This document shows positions 1 through 14,980 of a DNA stretch of 64,000 nt, one piece after another (the first letter of the stretch is position 1; every line of letters begins with the position of its first letter). The stretch is from Octopus vulgaris. Lineage: Eukaryota. The DNA is taken from positions 77,934,001 to 77,998,000 of the forward strand of contig OX597816.1 of assembly GCA_951406725.2 (NCBI GenBank), in the 5' to 3' direction. The notes beneath the pieces are model-generated. The model was given only the letters and a program-made list of their open reading frames with translations. It ran no database searches and had not been told where the DNA came from. The position numbers and the translations under genes were made by a program.

Positions 1-253
1 AGGTTTTGTTAGAGCTCCTGGAGTTTTGCATGCATTATAGCAGAATTACTTTCGTCATTTCACCACTTAGCATCCATATGCCTTCTGTCCTGACAAGCTT
101 TCCTCGTCTCATCACCATCGTAGCACATTTTGAGAGTCCAAACTCCATCTTGGAGAAAATCTGCACGGACTGGAATAGGTTGTCCAGTTCTGCCTCACTT
201 TTTGTGAATAGCTCCAGGTCGTCCATGAATAGCAAGTGGTCCCATGCCCATTG
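1..253 (-). mobile_element. R4/Dong-type non-LTR retrotransposon RT fragment
   Basis: LFMDDLELFTKSEAELDNLFQSVQIFS..MEFGLSKCA (RT FMDD motif); closely similar to 2506-2730. Confidence 0.85.
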
Positions 254-267
254 AATCTTTTGTCTAA

Positions 268-960
268 TTGTTCTGTTGCACAGCCAACATAAATCAAGTT
301 GTTACTTGCATTCTGCTGCGTACACCAAATGTGCCAAGTGAAGGTGGGACGTGTAGAGATTCCCATTTGGTGTACGCAGTAGAATGCAAGAAATACAACT
401 TGATTCTTGGTTGTACAACAGAACAATTAAACAAAATATTCAGTGGGCACAGATGTGATGTAAGACACAATAACGGTAGTACTACAGAACTTGCAGAACA
501 TTTTACGTTAAACGGCTGCAATTTTGAAAAAGATTTGAAAGTGCATATTCTCAGAAAATATTCTGAATCTGCTACACTTTCAGTACTCAAAATGCATGAG
601 GAGAAATATGTTTGCGAGTTATTAACATCACGTCCTGGAGGAATGAATAAAATGACAGTATTTCATCATATTTACACAAAACTATTTGATTAAATATTCC
701 TCTTCTTTTTTCTTTTCTTTTTCTTTTTATTTTTTCTCTTTTTTCTTTTGCTTTTTTGCCAGTTGTAAACTTGAAAATTGAACACTGATAATGTCATTCT
801 ATCAACGTGGAGATGCTGGCTGCCCTCGTTCATATTTTGGATTTGAATTTCTATAATTTTGTATTTTTATGCATCACTTTTCATTTTGAACTCGACAAAG
901 ACAGGCTATTTGTCGAAATATCGTCCAGTCAATGAAATATCTATCGCAATCGCATGGCGC
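268..960 (+). mobile_element. Penelope-like element 3' end: GIY-YIG endonuclease ORF (268-693) plus pLTR-like tail
   Basis: GGTCRDSHLVYAVECKKYNLILGCTTEQLNKIFSGHRCDV...LAEHF...HEEKYVCELLTSRPGGMN matches the PLE GIY-YIG layout (VY..C..C..YIG.T...R..H; HF; E..W/Y...L.T..P.G.N). Confidence 0.75.
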
Positions 961-973
961 TCTTCGTATTGTC

Positions 974-994
974 TATTATTATTATTATTATTAC

Positions 995-1085
<91 letters not shown>

Positions 1086-3388
1086 GAGTAAGAGAGTAGC
1101 GCATGCCATCAAAGTGACACTGGGGTACAAATATACGAAGTCCTGCATACTCATCATGACTGCCTGTCTGATAAGGGCACACCAGGCACATGCATCACAA
1201 CCTTATGTACACGACATGGTAATCTCACATCAAGATAGACAGCACAGATAAACAGACCTAGCAGGTGAGGCTCAGTTAAAATTTTCTTCGGGTTTAGTAG
1301 CTCATCCTGCTCAAAAGGTTCCTGAATAAGGGTTGTTTAAGGATGTTGAACGAAATACCCATGTTTTAAGTGGTAAAATATTCAAACTTCAAAGAATTCC
1401 TCTTGACACATGGTTATCTTCACTTTCTTCATTTTCCATAGCCGGCCTATTTCGTACTTAAGAGGTTTATATTTATCTATCTTTTCACCTCCCTTCTTGA
1501 CTATTCGTGGGCCAAAGGGGCATGCAACATCAGCTATATAGCATATGTGGTGCATCTTGTCCATCACCACTTGGTCTGGTCTATTATTCTCTAGCACCTG
1601 ATCTGTTTGGACTGAGAAATCCAAGAGAATTTTGCTAGTCTCCGACTCCGCCACTCTCTGCGGTTTGTGTTCAAACTAAATCTTGCCTCTCTCTAGCCCC
1701 CGCTTTTCACAGTTTCCAATGTAGCACTTTCGCTACCTGATCCTGTCGGAATAAATTGTTGTGATTTTGGGCAAGTCTAGGGCATTCGTTCATGATATGG
1801 GTAATGGTTTCATCTACTCTATTGCAGATGATGCACAGCGGAGACACTTGCGCATTCCTAAGGTTTACCCTCCAGTTCGTGGCCAAAGCTTGTCTTGTGC
1901 TACCAGTACAATGCTCTCGGGTTTTTTTAGTGTCCCTTTCATCAGCCAAGCCCACCTATTTTTACCAGCAACTTCTGTTGTGGCTACATGGAATTGATTG
2001 TGTAGTCCCTTCTTGCGTAATTCTTCTTCAAGTCCTTCTTGTACTTCTTCCTTTGTTTTTCCTTTTTCCGCTGCTTTCAATACTCCCTCGTTTACAACTG
2101 TCACTAGTAAAGTTACCTTATTTTGGGCTAGGTATCTCATTAAGCTCCCGAGTTCGATACGCACGCAGTCTTCCACATTTATCAGACCTTTTCCTCCATT
2201 TGCTCTCTTCATGTATAGGCGATCAGTGTCTGCACGTGGATGATGGGCTCCATGCATCGTTAGGAAATGTCGACTTTATGTCAATTTCCTTTAGCTCCTC
2301 CTCTGTCGACTTCAGGATTCCAGCGACATACTGAACTACTGCGACTTTGCGTGAGATTATTGCCGAAATTGTTTCTGATATTCAGCTTTCAAGCCAATAT
2401 TTTTTCCTACTCACCGCAGGTACTCTTTTCTTTTTGGCTTTTCCTTCATGCCGTTGTGTTTGATTCCATCTGCCTCAAGTATTCCCAGGTATTTATAGCT
2501 GGTATTTATTGAGGTTGAATTACCTTCATCTTTTCACCACTTGGTAGCCATATGCCTTCTGTTCTGACAAGCTTTCCTCGTATCATCACCATCATAGCAC
2601 ATTTTGAGAGTCCAGACTCCATCTTAATATCATTAGAGAAAATCTGCACAAATTGGACTAAGCTGTCCAGTTCTGCCTCACTTTTTGTGAACAGCTTCAG
2701 GTCGTCCATGAATAGCAAGTGGTTCGGTTTTTCCATACCTCTTCCTAGATCATACCCCAACTTTGTTTTCTGTAGTATTTCACTCAAGGGAATCATTCCC
2801 AGTACGAAGATCCGTGGAGACACACTGTCCCCTCGAAACTTTTCACCTCTCCTAATACTTGATTTCCTGTCAATTCTGTTCTCCAGCATTTCATGTTATT
2901 TCAAATATGGCTTCTCATATTTTCTGCTACTCCTTACATTTCCATTGTTCTTATCATCCAGGAGTGTGATATCATATCGTATGCTTTTCGATAGTCAACC
3001 CATGCCATGCGCAGGATTGTCTATCTTCTCTTGCAGTTCATGATAATTAGATTATCAGTTAAAAGCTGATCCATCGTTCCCCGGCTCCTCTCTCTGTTCA
3101 ATAGGTAGTAACTTACTGTTTTTCAAGTATCTATATAGTTTACCGCCCAAAGCACCTGACATTAATTTCCACATTAGCGGAAGGCACCTTACTGGTAGAA
3201 AGTTGGATGCAAAATTTCCCTTTTCAGGATCTTTGGTACATAACGATGTTTTTCCCTTTGTCATTCAGTTGGGTATTGCACTTTCCTCCAAGCACTCATC
3301 TAGCTGTTGCCCTATCATTTCATGGAGCCCTTCCAATCAGTTAAGATCTGAAGCCACGAGGGCCACTGCCTGTTACTGCATCAGGGCT
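974..3388 (-). mobile_element. 5'-truncated, frameshifted R4/Dong-type LINE (RT, CCHC zinc knuckle, RLE endonuclease, 3'UTR, (AAT)n tail)
   Basis: Minus-strand fragments: FLPVRCLPLMWKL; RGDSVSP..F; LLFMDDLKLF; RLYMKRANGGKGL; PLCIICNRVDETITHIMNECP; NNRPDQVVMDK..IADVACP..EKIDKY. The tail merges into (TAT)n at 974-1084. Confidence 0.9.
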
Positions 3389-3412
3389 TTTATTATAATT
3401 ATAATTATAGTT

Positions 3413-3461
<49 letters not shown>

Positions 3462-3486
3462 CCATCATTATTATTATTATTACATA

Positions 3487-3705
3487 GGCGGTGAGCTGGT
3501 AGAATCGTTAGCATGAGGGGCAAAAAAAAATACTTAGCATCACTTCGCCCGTCTTTACATTCTGGGTTCAAATTCCGTCGAGGTCGAATTTGCCTTTCAT
3601 CCTCTCGGGGTCGATAAAATACGTACCAGTTGAACACTGGGGTTGATGTAATCAATTTACACCACGCGTCCCGAATTCGTTGACCTTGTACCAAAGTTTG
3701 AAACC
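3487..3705 (+). mobile_element. tRNA-derived SINE, family A
   Basis: GGCGGTGAGCTGG A-box-like head, GGTTCAAATTCC B box and conserved core GCCTTTCATCCT..GGGGTCGATAAAA..GTACCAG; many copies in the window. Confidence 0.85.
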
Positions 3706-5399
3706 ATTATCATTATTGTTACTCAATCCACTATTTTTCTACAATTCGAGAATATTTTTATGAATTTAATATGCCTTGAAATTCTCTGACATTTTGACTT
3801 TTATCTTTGGTAAATACAGAAAAGCTTCCTTTGTTTGGTTGATTTGTTTGTTTTGTTCTTTGTATCTTTTTCTTTCAAATTCTAGTTTCCTAAATATTCC
3901 CATATGCCAACTTTATATTCCTCTAAACTTCATCGAATAACTCGAAATATTATTTCGCCGTAAATATCCTTTTTAATTTTGGTGAACGCGAATATGCTAC
4001 CCGAAGGAGTTAAAAATGAAAATGAATGATATAATCTCTTAGAATCTTTGTTCGTTTCAATTTATAATTCTTCTGATATATTTCATTGGAAAATAATTGC
4101 AAAAAAATACAAAATATGTGTTTTTAAAAAAACAGGTGATTTAGTATTGAAGGGAAAAAAAAACAAACATTATTTTGATTAACAATTCGTTAGCGTATTC
4201 CACTTGAGTTCTGTATATAGCAATCCAAATATTATTAATAAATAAAATATACCCTCGGCTCTTTCGAAATGGCAGTTCCTGTAATGTGTAAATCTAAAAT
4301 GTCAATAAACCGTGAAGTAAATTAAACCGTTTCTCGAATTACTTCAGCCATATAATAACGATTTCCTTTCATTATATTCATTATTTTCGGTTGAAATAAA
4401 TTCATTATATATATCTTCTACTATATCTAATTAGTTGAAGATATAGAGTTAGCGCCTAATACATATGTAGGCTCATACAAGCTGATGAGATGAAATATGA
4501 GTGATCATTCAGTAGGCGGTTAAAATAAAACCGCCTATTGTCATCTCTTAGAAATAATAATTAAACTGTTTTGGATGGATGTGTGTCCCACTTTTTTCTT
4601 TACAATCAATTTATATTTTTTCGCCATTTTTACTCGCGTCGGAAACATCGGTATTATGGACATTAGTATAAGTAACACTCTGTGAGTGACGACTTAATTG
4701 CGAATGCGTTGAGATATTTGTAAAGTATTGTAGTAAGGTGCTGATGAGACGAAAGGAAAAGTTAACTGGAGTGAGAACATGATTTTTAGTTCAAAGGAGC
4801 TGTTGTAGTATCGGTAGAAAATGCAGAAGAAAGAAACAATGTGACTGTGGGGAATGTTGCTCACTGAATCTTTGGCTGTTGATCAGTTGAACGGTGATAT
4901 TATGGATCTGGTCGAGGATAGGTGAATTGTAATCTATATCTTATTTGACTTTTAAAGAGGCCTAGAATTATTGAGAACTCTAATATTTTCTCACTGTGAT
5001 ATAATTTTGTGATATAATTTTGACAGTGTTATATATCGCGGTCATCATGAGAGATTGTCAGAAACTGTGAGGCATTGCGAGTATTTTTTGTGATATTAGA
5101 GATGTTAATTGTTATTTGTAAATAGAGTGGGTATTTGCTTTTTTGATATGTATAGATAAGCTGTATTTGTATCCTTGTGATATTAAAGAAGACTAGTTTG
5201 TCATATTTTTAATAGAAAAAGTTATTGAAATCAGGAGGCAACGTAAATTGTATGTGTTTAGACTGCATATAATGACGCCTGTGTGGCGAAGATTCAAGAA
5301 GGGTGGCATGTTATCCGTATAATTGGATGTCGTAAGAAATAAATGCAAATATGCCATCAATAAATAGAATGATAGATATAAAATCAAGCATTGAGGCGC

Positions 5400-5720
5400 T
5401 CCAGAGAACATAAAATGTTATTCAGACAAACCATGTCAGCGTACACGCTATTGAAGAACCTTATACATGGACTTTCGAGCCAAATTATGAAAGCCAAATA
5501 GAGTCAAACGTTGGACAGATTAACTAAGAGACAAAACATACCAGACATAAACGAAGTTTTTGTTGATGTCAAAAACAATAGAATTACTTTCAGTGAATTT
5601 ATTAAAGGCAAGAGACTACTAATGTTTAAAGTAACTTTTCGGTAGAGATGACCCAACACCAACTATATTCATGCTCAATTAGCGGGAGGAAACTCAAAGC
5701 AATAACGAAGGTTGTTGGCG
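5400..5720 (+). mobile_element. Highly decayed RTE-like LINE 3' remnant
   Basis: Degenerate TLL..(E)TWT and RRGRP.T.YI..L-like motifs with many stops. Confidence 0.3.
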
Positions 5721-5893
5721 AAGACTGTGTCCTATTAAATTCTCAGGGAAATTATCTTTGGAATAATAAGATTCACAAAAAACTCAACAGAATATATCTT
5801 AAATCCTAATGATCGAAGTGTAACTCAATAACGCACTTTAAGGACTTGCTGAATAATTATTAAAAAAAATTCCTTTCGTTTGTTGGTATTAAC

Positions 5894-5956
<63 letters not shown>

Positions 5957-5959
<3 letters not shown>

Positions 5960-6161
5960 GGTAACCCAAAAGTAGGTTTACAGTTATTCAACTTTCTCTT
6001 TCGCATTCATATATTAACAGTTTAAATCTTAATTATATGAAAATATGAAACCGTTATTCTATGCTAATTTAGTTAATTATTAGAAATTTAAATGTAATAA
6101 ACTGTTTTAAAAGAAATATAAAGTGCCAACGTGATAACTGTAAACCTACTTTTGGGCCATC

Positions 6162-6164
<3 letters not shown>
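5957..6164. mobile_element. Tc1/mariner-type MITE (~208 bp)
   Basis: TIRs CAGGGTAACCCAAAAGTAGGTTTACAGTT and AACTGTAAACCTACTTTTGGGCCATCGTG, AT-rich non-coding interior, embedded in (TA)n. Confidence 0.85.
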
Positions 6165-6203
<39 letters not shown>

Positions 6204-6335
6204 CAAGAGGGTGGGAGAGAGAGATGCACATAAACACACGTATACAATGGTGTGTGGGTAAATAATGTGTATGTAAGTGATAGTTTACAGATAACCAACT
6301 CATACGCACTCATACATATATATATACACACACAT

Positions 6336-6374
<39 letters not shown>

Positions 6375-6406
6375 CAGTATATATATATATATATATATAT
6401 ATACAG

Positions 6407-6492
<86 letters not shown>

Positions 6493-8997
6493 TATTATAA
6501 ATAATAATGTTTACAGTAAGTTACTTTGATATAAGTTTCAAGCTTCAAGTGGCCGTTTTCAAACTGAAAAATATATTTTACTGGTTGCTTAAATAGCAAA
6601 AGATTTATGTATATAAATGTATATAAGCATATATACATATGCAGATAGATAGACACATACATCCGTTAGTTTATACCGTGTGAGAGGAGTGATCAATACA
6701 CAATGTAGAGGATATGGTTTGTTTATTGAAACTGAAATTGACAGTTTGTACTTCAGAAGATCGTAGTGGTGTGAAATTCAAGTCACATGACAAACCCTTT
6801 GTTTCAGTTTGTATGTATGTACGCATGTGTGTGTGTGGTGTATAAGTGTAAGCTTCATATCTGCATAACGACAATTAGATCTGTTAAACTATAACTATCT
6901 ACAAAACATTATATTCTTATAATTATAATTATATCAAACTCTTAAAACATAAGGAACCAAAACAGCATATAAAACTTACACTATTCTATTATATAAACCT
7001 AAGATAACAATAACAGCAGAGACGTTAAAGAAATTATCAACACGACCGAGGAACTCCGCTCCTCAGCTGCCTATAGGAGATCAAAGTTGAGATTATTACT
7101 TCCGATTGTGTCAAACACCCTTAGAAAATATAGTCTAGTGCTGTTTGGGAGTGTACAAAGATTTATTTTATATCAAAAGGCAATCATTACTTCCAGTTTA
7201 ACGTGTAGATTGTGTTAGAACACAGACTAATGCATTACTTACCTTGAGAGGACCTCTCATATAGACTCCTGGCGCATAAAGGCACTCATATCTATATCGT
7301 TGACAGACGAGAGTCATCTGGTACAACTGCTGGAACTGCTAGATCACGTGATTTCGCCGTTTGGGTTCCTCAATGTATGTTCGCGTGGATACGATTAAAA
7401 ATTTTACAAAAACAAAATGTTGTTTGTTCTACCATTTTTCCATTCAGATCGATAAAACAAGTTTTCCCGTGGTTAGTAAGTATATAATAGTCGGTTACGT
7501 AGGATTTAGATCCAAAATTTAATGTATGTCCCCCGTGTATTGAGTCCTAAAGAATTTGAGTCGTGAACAAATGTCCGTTTATTAGGAACAAGAAGTGTGT
7601 AACTATAGTTGGGATTACTTTCTTAGTATATACTGAATTGAACCATGTGATTTTCTTATTCCAGTGTTCACGAAACCGATTAGAGATGAACACTTATGAT
7701 TTATATTGAAACCACATCTCTTCGTTAGAATGTTGCAGTGTGGGATGTCTTTGTCGAATATCTTATCTGAAAATAGACGGGACATAACGCTGACATTTCC
7801 GTCGATGTGTTTAATAATTGTAAGAAATTTTTATATAGCTTGTTTGCTCGTACGAATTATGAAATGATTAATGTTTGCCAGTATGTGAATTCAATTTAAT
7901 ACCAAAACAGTTCACTATTTTTAAATAGTATATTTACTGTGAAATTAAACTAGATAAATATGTGAAATTTTTTACTATGCTGTATTCATTCCTGCTATCT
8001 GCTACACGAAGTTCGCCGTCTCTGCATAATCCTATATCCGTTTCTGCTATACTTTTGATGTTGGATATAAAGACTCACGTGATCCGATATCTCCGCAATG
8101 ACAATCCTCACAAGAGATAACATCGAAGAGTTCATTAACCTTGCTTCTTGATCCACTAGGAAACATTGTAAAAATAAAAAGCTTTCCTGGTATCCACTAA
8201 TACCGGTCACTATTATAGGGATAGATATTTTGCCGAATGTTAAGGCTTGCAAAAGATTTCAAAAATCGACCGATAAATTCCACTCTACTGAACTGGATGA
8301 ATGTGCAATTTGGGTAAATTACTTGAGTTATAACTGCATTGCTATAAATTTGGTATGAATCTGAAGCTTCTAAAGAATTTATCAGTCTACATTGAGGATT
8401 GTTAGTAAAGTTTTCTTTGTGATCTTAAAGTTTCTGTTTGGTCATCTAATTTCAACTGCACAGCTTCGCCTTATCGTTTATTATATAGTCTTATACTAGT
8501 TGCAATTATATCTAATAATAATCTATTACGCGTATTTCTCTCTAGCTCTTGTACATTGTTGCTATTTTCACTAATCGGTTGCTGAAATTTTGAAGGGTTG
8601 CAGAAACTCATGCCACTCGTTTTGAAAGCTGTGAGCATGGGTTCTTTTATAAGTTTAATATGTCCATCTCTGAATCTTTCAATGTCTTTGATTTAAGAAA
8701 ATTTTCTATTTGACTTAAAACAGTCTATTTGATAGCATAGCTACATATGGTAAGTTTAGTTTTAAGTTAAACGATAGAGTGTGAAGGTGTTATACAGGAC
8801 TGACTCATGAATCATAAGGAAAGAAAAACGTGTCCATGCTGAAGAAAAAAGATGAAAAGAAGCACGATCAATATGCAGAAAGGCCAAGTGAGAGTTAGTA
8901 ACGGAACAGGAAAAGGATATGAATATTGGACAAACGCAAATAAGGTGAGTGAATTGGTAGATCGATAGACAAGCAAAGAGGTAGCAGACAGAAAAAC

Positions 8998-9084
<87 letters not shown>

Positions 9085-9135
9085 ATTAAAGAGATACAAG
9101 AATAATTCTGAAATTAATTTACTGACACTATCAAA

Positions 9136-9347
9136 GGCGGCGAGCTGGCAGAATTGTCAGCAAGCCGGACGAAATGCTGGTAAACATTTCGTCTGTCTTT
9201 ACGTTTTGAGTTCAAATTCTACCGAGGTTGACTTTGCCTTTCCTCCTTTCAGGATCGATAAAATAAGTTCCAGACGAGCACTGGGGTCGATGTAATCGAC
9301 TAGTTCGCTTCTCCCGCCAATTTGAGGTTTTGTGCTTATAATAGAAA
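9136..9347 (+). mobile_element. tRNA-derived SINE, family A
   Basis: Same head, B box and core as 3487-3705. Confidence 0.85.
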
Positions 9348-10411
9348 GAAAGAATCATCATTATCAACATCTAATGAAACTGAGCCAGTGAATCTATAAA
9401 TAAATAAAGAGCGAGTTGATATAACAAAATTACAGTGATAAAATTTTAGTGATAAATTATATGAAAGGTGTGACTGATTTTCGACTACTGGTCTTTATAG
9501 TTCATTGAAATAAATCGGGGTAAAGATGTTGAAAGATCGGTCACAGAAACAGCAGTTATTGTTGCCACTACTACTGCCATCATCGTCGTCATAATCAGTA
9601 TTCTCGAGAGAAAATTATTGAAGCATTAAAACATGAACATACATAATTGAACAAATAAATAAATTATAAATTGATGGAATAAGAGTTACAAATTGGCGAT
9701 ATTTATATTTTCATCAATATCATGATGGACTTAGTGAAAATTAATAGGTAAACGGATAAATACTGTAAATGACTAAATAAATACATAAATAAGTATATAT
9801 ATGAGTATATCGTTTAGTTGCAGCTATAATTTGCACTTTCATCGTCAAAAACTGTTGTATCTAAGTGAACATTATTGCACCATTAGATTGGAAAGAATTT
9901 TATGATAGAGGAAATACAGAAAAATAACTTGCAAACTTAACCAACAGAGAACTGAAAATGAAACTATCGTTATCAAAATAGCATCATAGAAATGGTTTAG
10001 AAATTAGTTTTAAAGCCAAAATTTTGTCATGACTGAATATAAAAAAATTAATAAAAATTAAAAAATCAAGATAAAGGATTAAAAATAAAAGAAAATTCAA
10101 TATAAAGCCGGATGATAAATTGCAATAAAATTAATAAGTTTTTGTAAGAGGAACATCGTTCAATATTAAACGAGGAAAAAAAAAACAGTGTTCCAAAGAT
10201 GCAGAGGAAATATTTGGATTAATTCAAACTTTTTTTCGTAAAAAGTTGGTATCAGAACATTTTAGTAATGGGCAGTTCATATTAATATATGTTTGTGATA
10301 GGTCTCGTTGGATTAGCGAAGGTAAGTCGTTAGTTGTTGTAGGAAGGGTCTGTAAGTGTTCTGGTTGCTGTATTTTGATTTTCTTTGTGGAGAGGAAGTA
10401 TTGAATACTGT

Positions 10412-10600
10412 AGTTCTGTCCGTTTTAAAAAGAAACATATAACAACGAGACATATAAGTTCCTGTTTTAAAGCCCTTTAATCACCGTAATATGATGACTA
10501 TATTGTGGTTCTGTCCGTTTTAAAAAAAATCATATAACAACAATTAGACACCTTAGCTCCTGTTTTTAAAACCGTTTAACCATCATACTAATATGATGAT
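10412..10600. repeat. Imperfect tandem duplication (~97-bp unit x2)
   Basis: GTTCTGTCCGTTTTAAAAA..CATATAACAAC...CCTGTTTT..AATATGATGA occurs twice in succession. Confidence 0.75.
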
Positions 10601-11153
10601 CAAACAGAATATTGACATATCTAACAAAAAAACCCTCACCCCACTCCACAAAGGTTCTACTTAAAATGCCATAAACAACAATATAGATGACTTTTATTAA
10701 ATGTCTCAAGCAGAGCAAATTTTTCTTCAGTTACACTAAAACAAAATGGTCAAGCAACAACGGTTATTTCAAATTTTGATCTAACAAGTTGCCATCCAGT
10801 AATAAATTTTCAACTCATCGAATTCTGAAATTTCAACAATTTCTCGTCATTATTAGACAGAAAACTTCAGAATCACAGAAAATCTGGCGAATTATTTCTT
10901 GAATCAGATAAGACGAAAAGTCTGTATGAAATTGATCAGAACAAATACCGCTCGTCTTTTAATACAATTACAAATAAATACAAGAAAAAAAAATAGACTG
11001 GAAAACCCTTAATGAAAACACCGTCTAAAACCTGAATGGTGATAAAGGTGAAAACATTAGGTAGTTTTATTAACCTTACAACTTAGTGGCAACAATTCAG
11101 TACTAAGTATTCCTTCACACTCTTCAAAAACAGTTTCACACACATACATACAC

Positions 11154-11230
<77 letters not shown>

Positions 11231-11233
<3 letters not shown>

Positions 11234-11383
11234 CGGGCTTCTTTCAGTTTCCGTCTACCAAATCCACTCCCAAGGCTTTGGTCGGCCCGAAGCTATAGTA
11301 GAAGATACTTGCCCAAGGTGCCACGCAGTGGAAGTGAACCCGGAAACATGTGGTTGGAAAGCAAGCTACTTTCCATATAGCCA
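11231..11383 (-). mobile_element. tRNA-derived SINE, family B (5' half)
   Basis: Reverse complement contains CACTGCGTGGCACCTTGGGCAAGT..CTTCTACTATAG..GGATTTGGTAGACGGAAACTGAAAGAAGCCCGTCG, shared with 14250, 34716, 39430 and 48843. Confidence 0.8.
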
Positions 11384-11397
11384 TATATATATATATA

Positions 11398-12444
<1,047 letters not shown>

Positions 12445-12598
12445 TATAATAAGTGTGTGTGTGTGTGTGTATGTGTGGTGTGTGTGAATACGTATATACA
12501 ACATACATGTTAAGTCATTTCCACGCGCATGCAGGAATGAAAGTAAATCAGAACAATAAGGCTGAATATAAAACCGCTATTATCTGACAAGATGGTGC

Positions 12599-12629
<31 letters not shown>

Positions 12630-12736
12630 TATCATCATCATCTATTATGTGTGCGTGTATGTATGTATATATGCATGCATGTATGTATGCATCTATCTAT
12701 CTATCTCTGTATCTCTTTCTCTCTCTCGCGCGCGCG

Positions 12737-12845
<109 letters not shown>

Positions 12846-14100
12846 TGTATGTATGTATGTATGTATGTGTGTATGTATGTATAAATTCTTGATTTATTAA
12901 AACTCATCTTCGCTTCTAAAGTATGCGGCATAACTACCATAGGCCAATGAGCTTCGTATGAGAATGGTAAATAATCTCAGGAACCAAGAATTCTCTACAA
13001 TTGACATGCCATTACGCCAAAGAACATATGTGCGAATGTGTGTGTTTATGTGTGTGGGTGGGTGCATCTATACATACATACACATATGTGTGCATATGTA
13101 TTTTTGCCTTAAACTATGAATATTTTACTTTGGCCATAAAATGTTCTCTTTTTGCATATGTCCAACTCTTATATCTGGAAAGAATCAAGAGAGGCACAAC
13201 TGTTATGATGATGACACCCACTCAGGAAGAAATATCTATCCATATATGTCCTCTTATTTCCAGAAAGATAAACGGTTTTTTTTCTTTGGGGACTTGGTAA
13301 TTATGGATCATTTTTTTATATACTAAATAATTTATTTCCTCTTCTCATTTGGAATTCGTTGCCATGGTCACTTAACATACGTTTACCTTTTCTCGAAGTG
13401 ACGATAATTTCAGTAAACCAAGAATTTGTCTTGAATACTATTTAGTGTGCCTTTAATCATTTTTGTCGTCCAAATTAAATCCATTTCCACTTTATGTTTG
13501 CCCGTCTGTCTGTCTGTCTGTCTGTCTGTATGTATGTATGTATGTATGCATGTATGTATGAATGTATGTATGTATGTATGTATGTATGTATGTATGTATG
13601 TATGTATGCATGCATGCATATAGCAGCTAGTCTATTCATTAAAAAATATTTGATTACTGATCTAAAATTTCTCGTGTTAATTAGTATCCGTGTTGTGAAT
13701 ATATATGGTTTATTTTAATTTTAAAATATAGTCTGGTAGTGCCGGTCAAATTAAAAAGCTTTTTAAAATCGCAAATATGTTTTTCAAATGAATTTTAAGA
13801 AAATGTGCTTAAAATATAATTTATATTAATAAAAACTGTCAGAAAATTTTAAACTAATATTTCCCATTGAAAATAGACACATTTTAATTTAAATAAAATG
13901 ATATTATCAGGTACAATAATTAAGAATTATAACAATTCTTTTTACATGTGAAATGAGTGATAGTCATTGATCGTTGCTGTTGGACGAATCAACTTTGAGC
14001 CAAATTACAGAATTCAACTGTTCAAATCTCTTAATAACTTGTGCATGTGCGAGCATCGTATACTCTCTTTTATCTTAATTCGTGCTTTAGTTAATATTAC

Positions 14101-14230
14101 AAGCGACGGTCTGGAAAGATCGTTAGCGCGCTGGGCAAAATGCTTAGCGGCATATCGTCCATCTTTACTTTCTGCGTTCAAATTCCGCCGATGTTGATTT
14201 TGCCTTTCATCCTTTCGGGGTCGATATAAT
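14101..14230 (+). mobile_element. SINE family A, partial
   Basis: GTTCAAATTCCGCCGA..TTTGCCTTTCATCCTTTCGGGGTCGATA core. Confidence 0.8.
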
Positions 14231-14247
14231 GTTTGGAACCACTATTA

Positions 14248-14736
14248 CAGGGTTCCAGATTCAATTTCACGGCACGGCACTTTGGGAAAGTGTCTCCCAC
14301 GGGCCTTTTGAGTGGATTTGGCAGTTGGAAAATGAAAGGAGCGTGTCGTATAACTTCTTTGCTCTAAGCTACATCACTCGTGGCTGTTGACTTCAACTCA
14401 AGAGCTTTGTAAGTCATTCATTGGAGTCTTCATGGCTACGGTCTTGAAGCAGCCGCACGATTTCCCAGCTCACATGCAGGATGTTTTACGAGACACCTCT
14501 CGTGTGGAAGGCTGTTGGCTCACAACGGGTTCATCCTCGCTTTAACTGGTCTTCTTTTTAGTCCTCCAAAGTATCCATGAGGCCCTAATCGTCAAGCAGA
14601 CCAAATGGGAGAGGGAAGCTAATTTAGTCACTGACCACCCGACCATGAAACGTAGCAAGATTTTCCTGACCTGACCGTCGTATGCGTGTATGTGTGTATG
14701 TGCGTATGTGTTGTGTGTGTATGTGTGTGTGTGTGC

Positions 14737-14783
<47 letters not shown>

Positions 14784-14980
14784 TGTCCCTACCACCGCTT
14801 GACAGCCGCTGTTAGTTTGTTTGCAACCCTGTAACTTAGTGATTCAGCAAAAGAGACCGATAGAACAAGGACCAGGCTTCATAAATAAGTACTGAGTTCG
14901 ATTCATTCGACCAAAACCCTACAAGATGGTGCTCCAGTATGGCTGAAGTCCAGTGACTGACACAAGTACAGTATAAAAGA
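14248..14980 (+). mobile_element. SINE family B (5' half, internal GT microsatellite, 3' half) interrupted by a ~325-bp insertion
   Basis: 5' half 14248-14351; 3' half ...GGTGCTCCAGTATGGC..CAGTGACTGA.ACAAGTA at 14780-14980; the insertion is flanked by a GTCGTAT duplication. Confidence 0.7.

Noticed and set aside
859-1251. Poly-L/N/I, YI-, CV- and LSIY-repeat ORFs here and throughout the ORF track
   Set aside because: They are translations of microsatellites with no coding signature.
4471-4760. Two CTGATGAGA(C/T)GAAA strings (about 4482 and 4741) resembling ultra-minimal hammerhead cores
   Set aside because: No stem II, no stem I and no correctly placed NUH triplet; the flanks of the two sites are not homologous.
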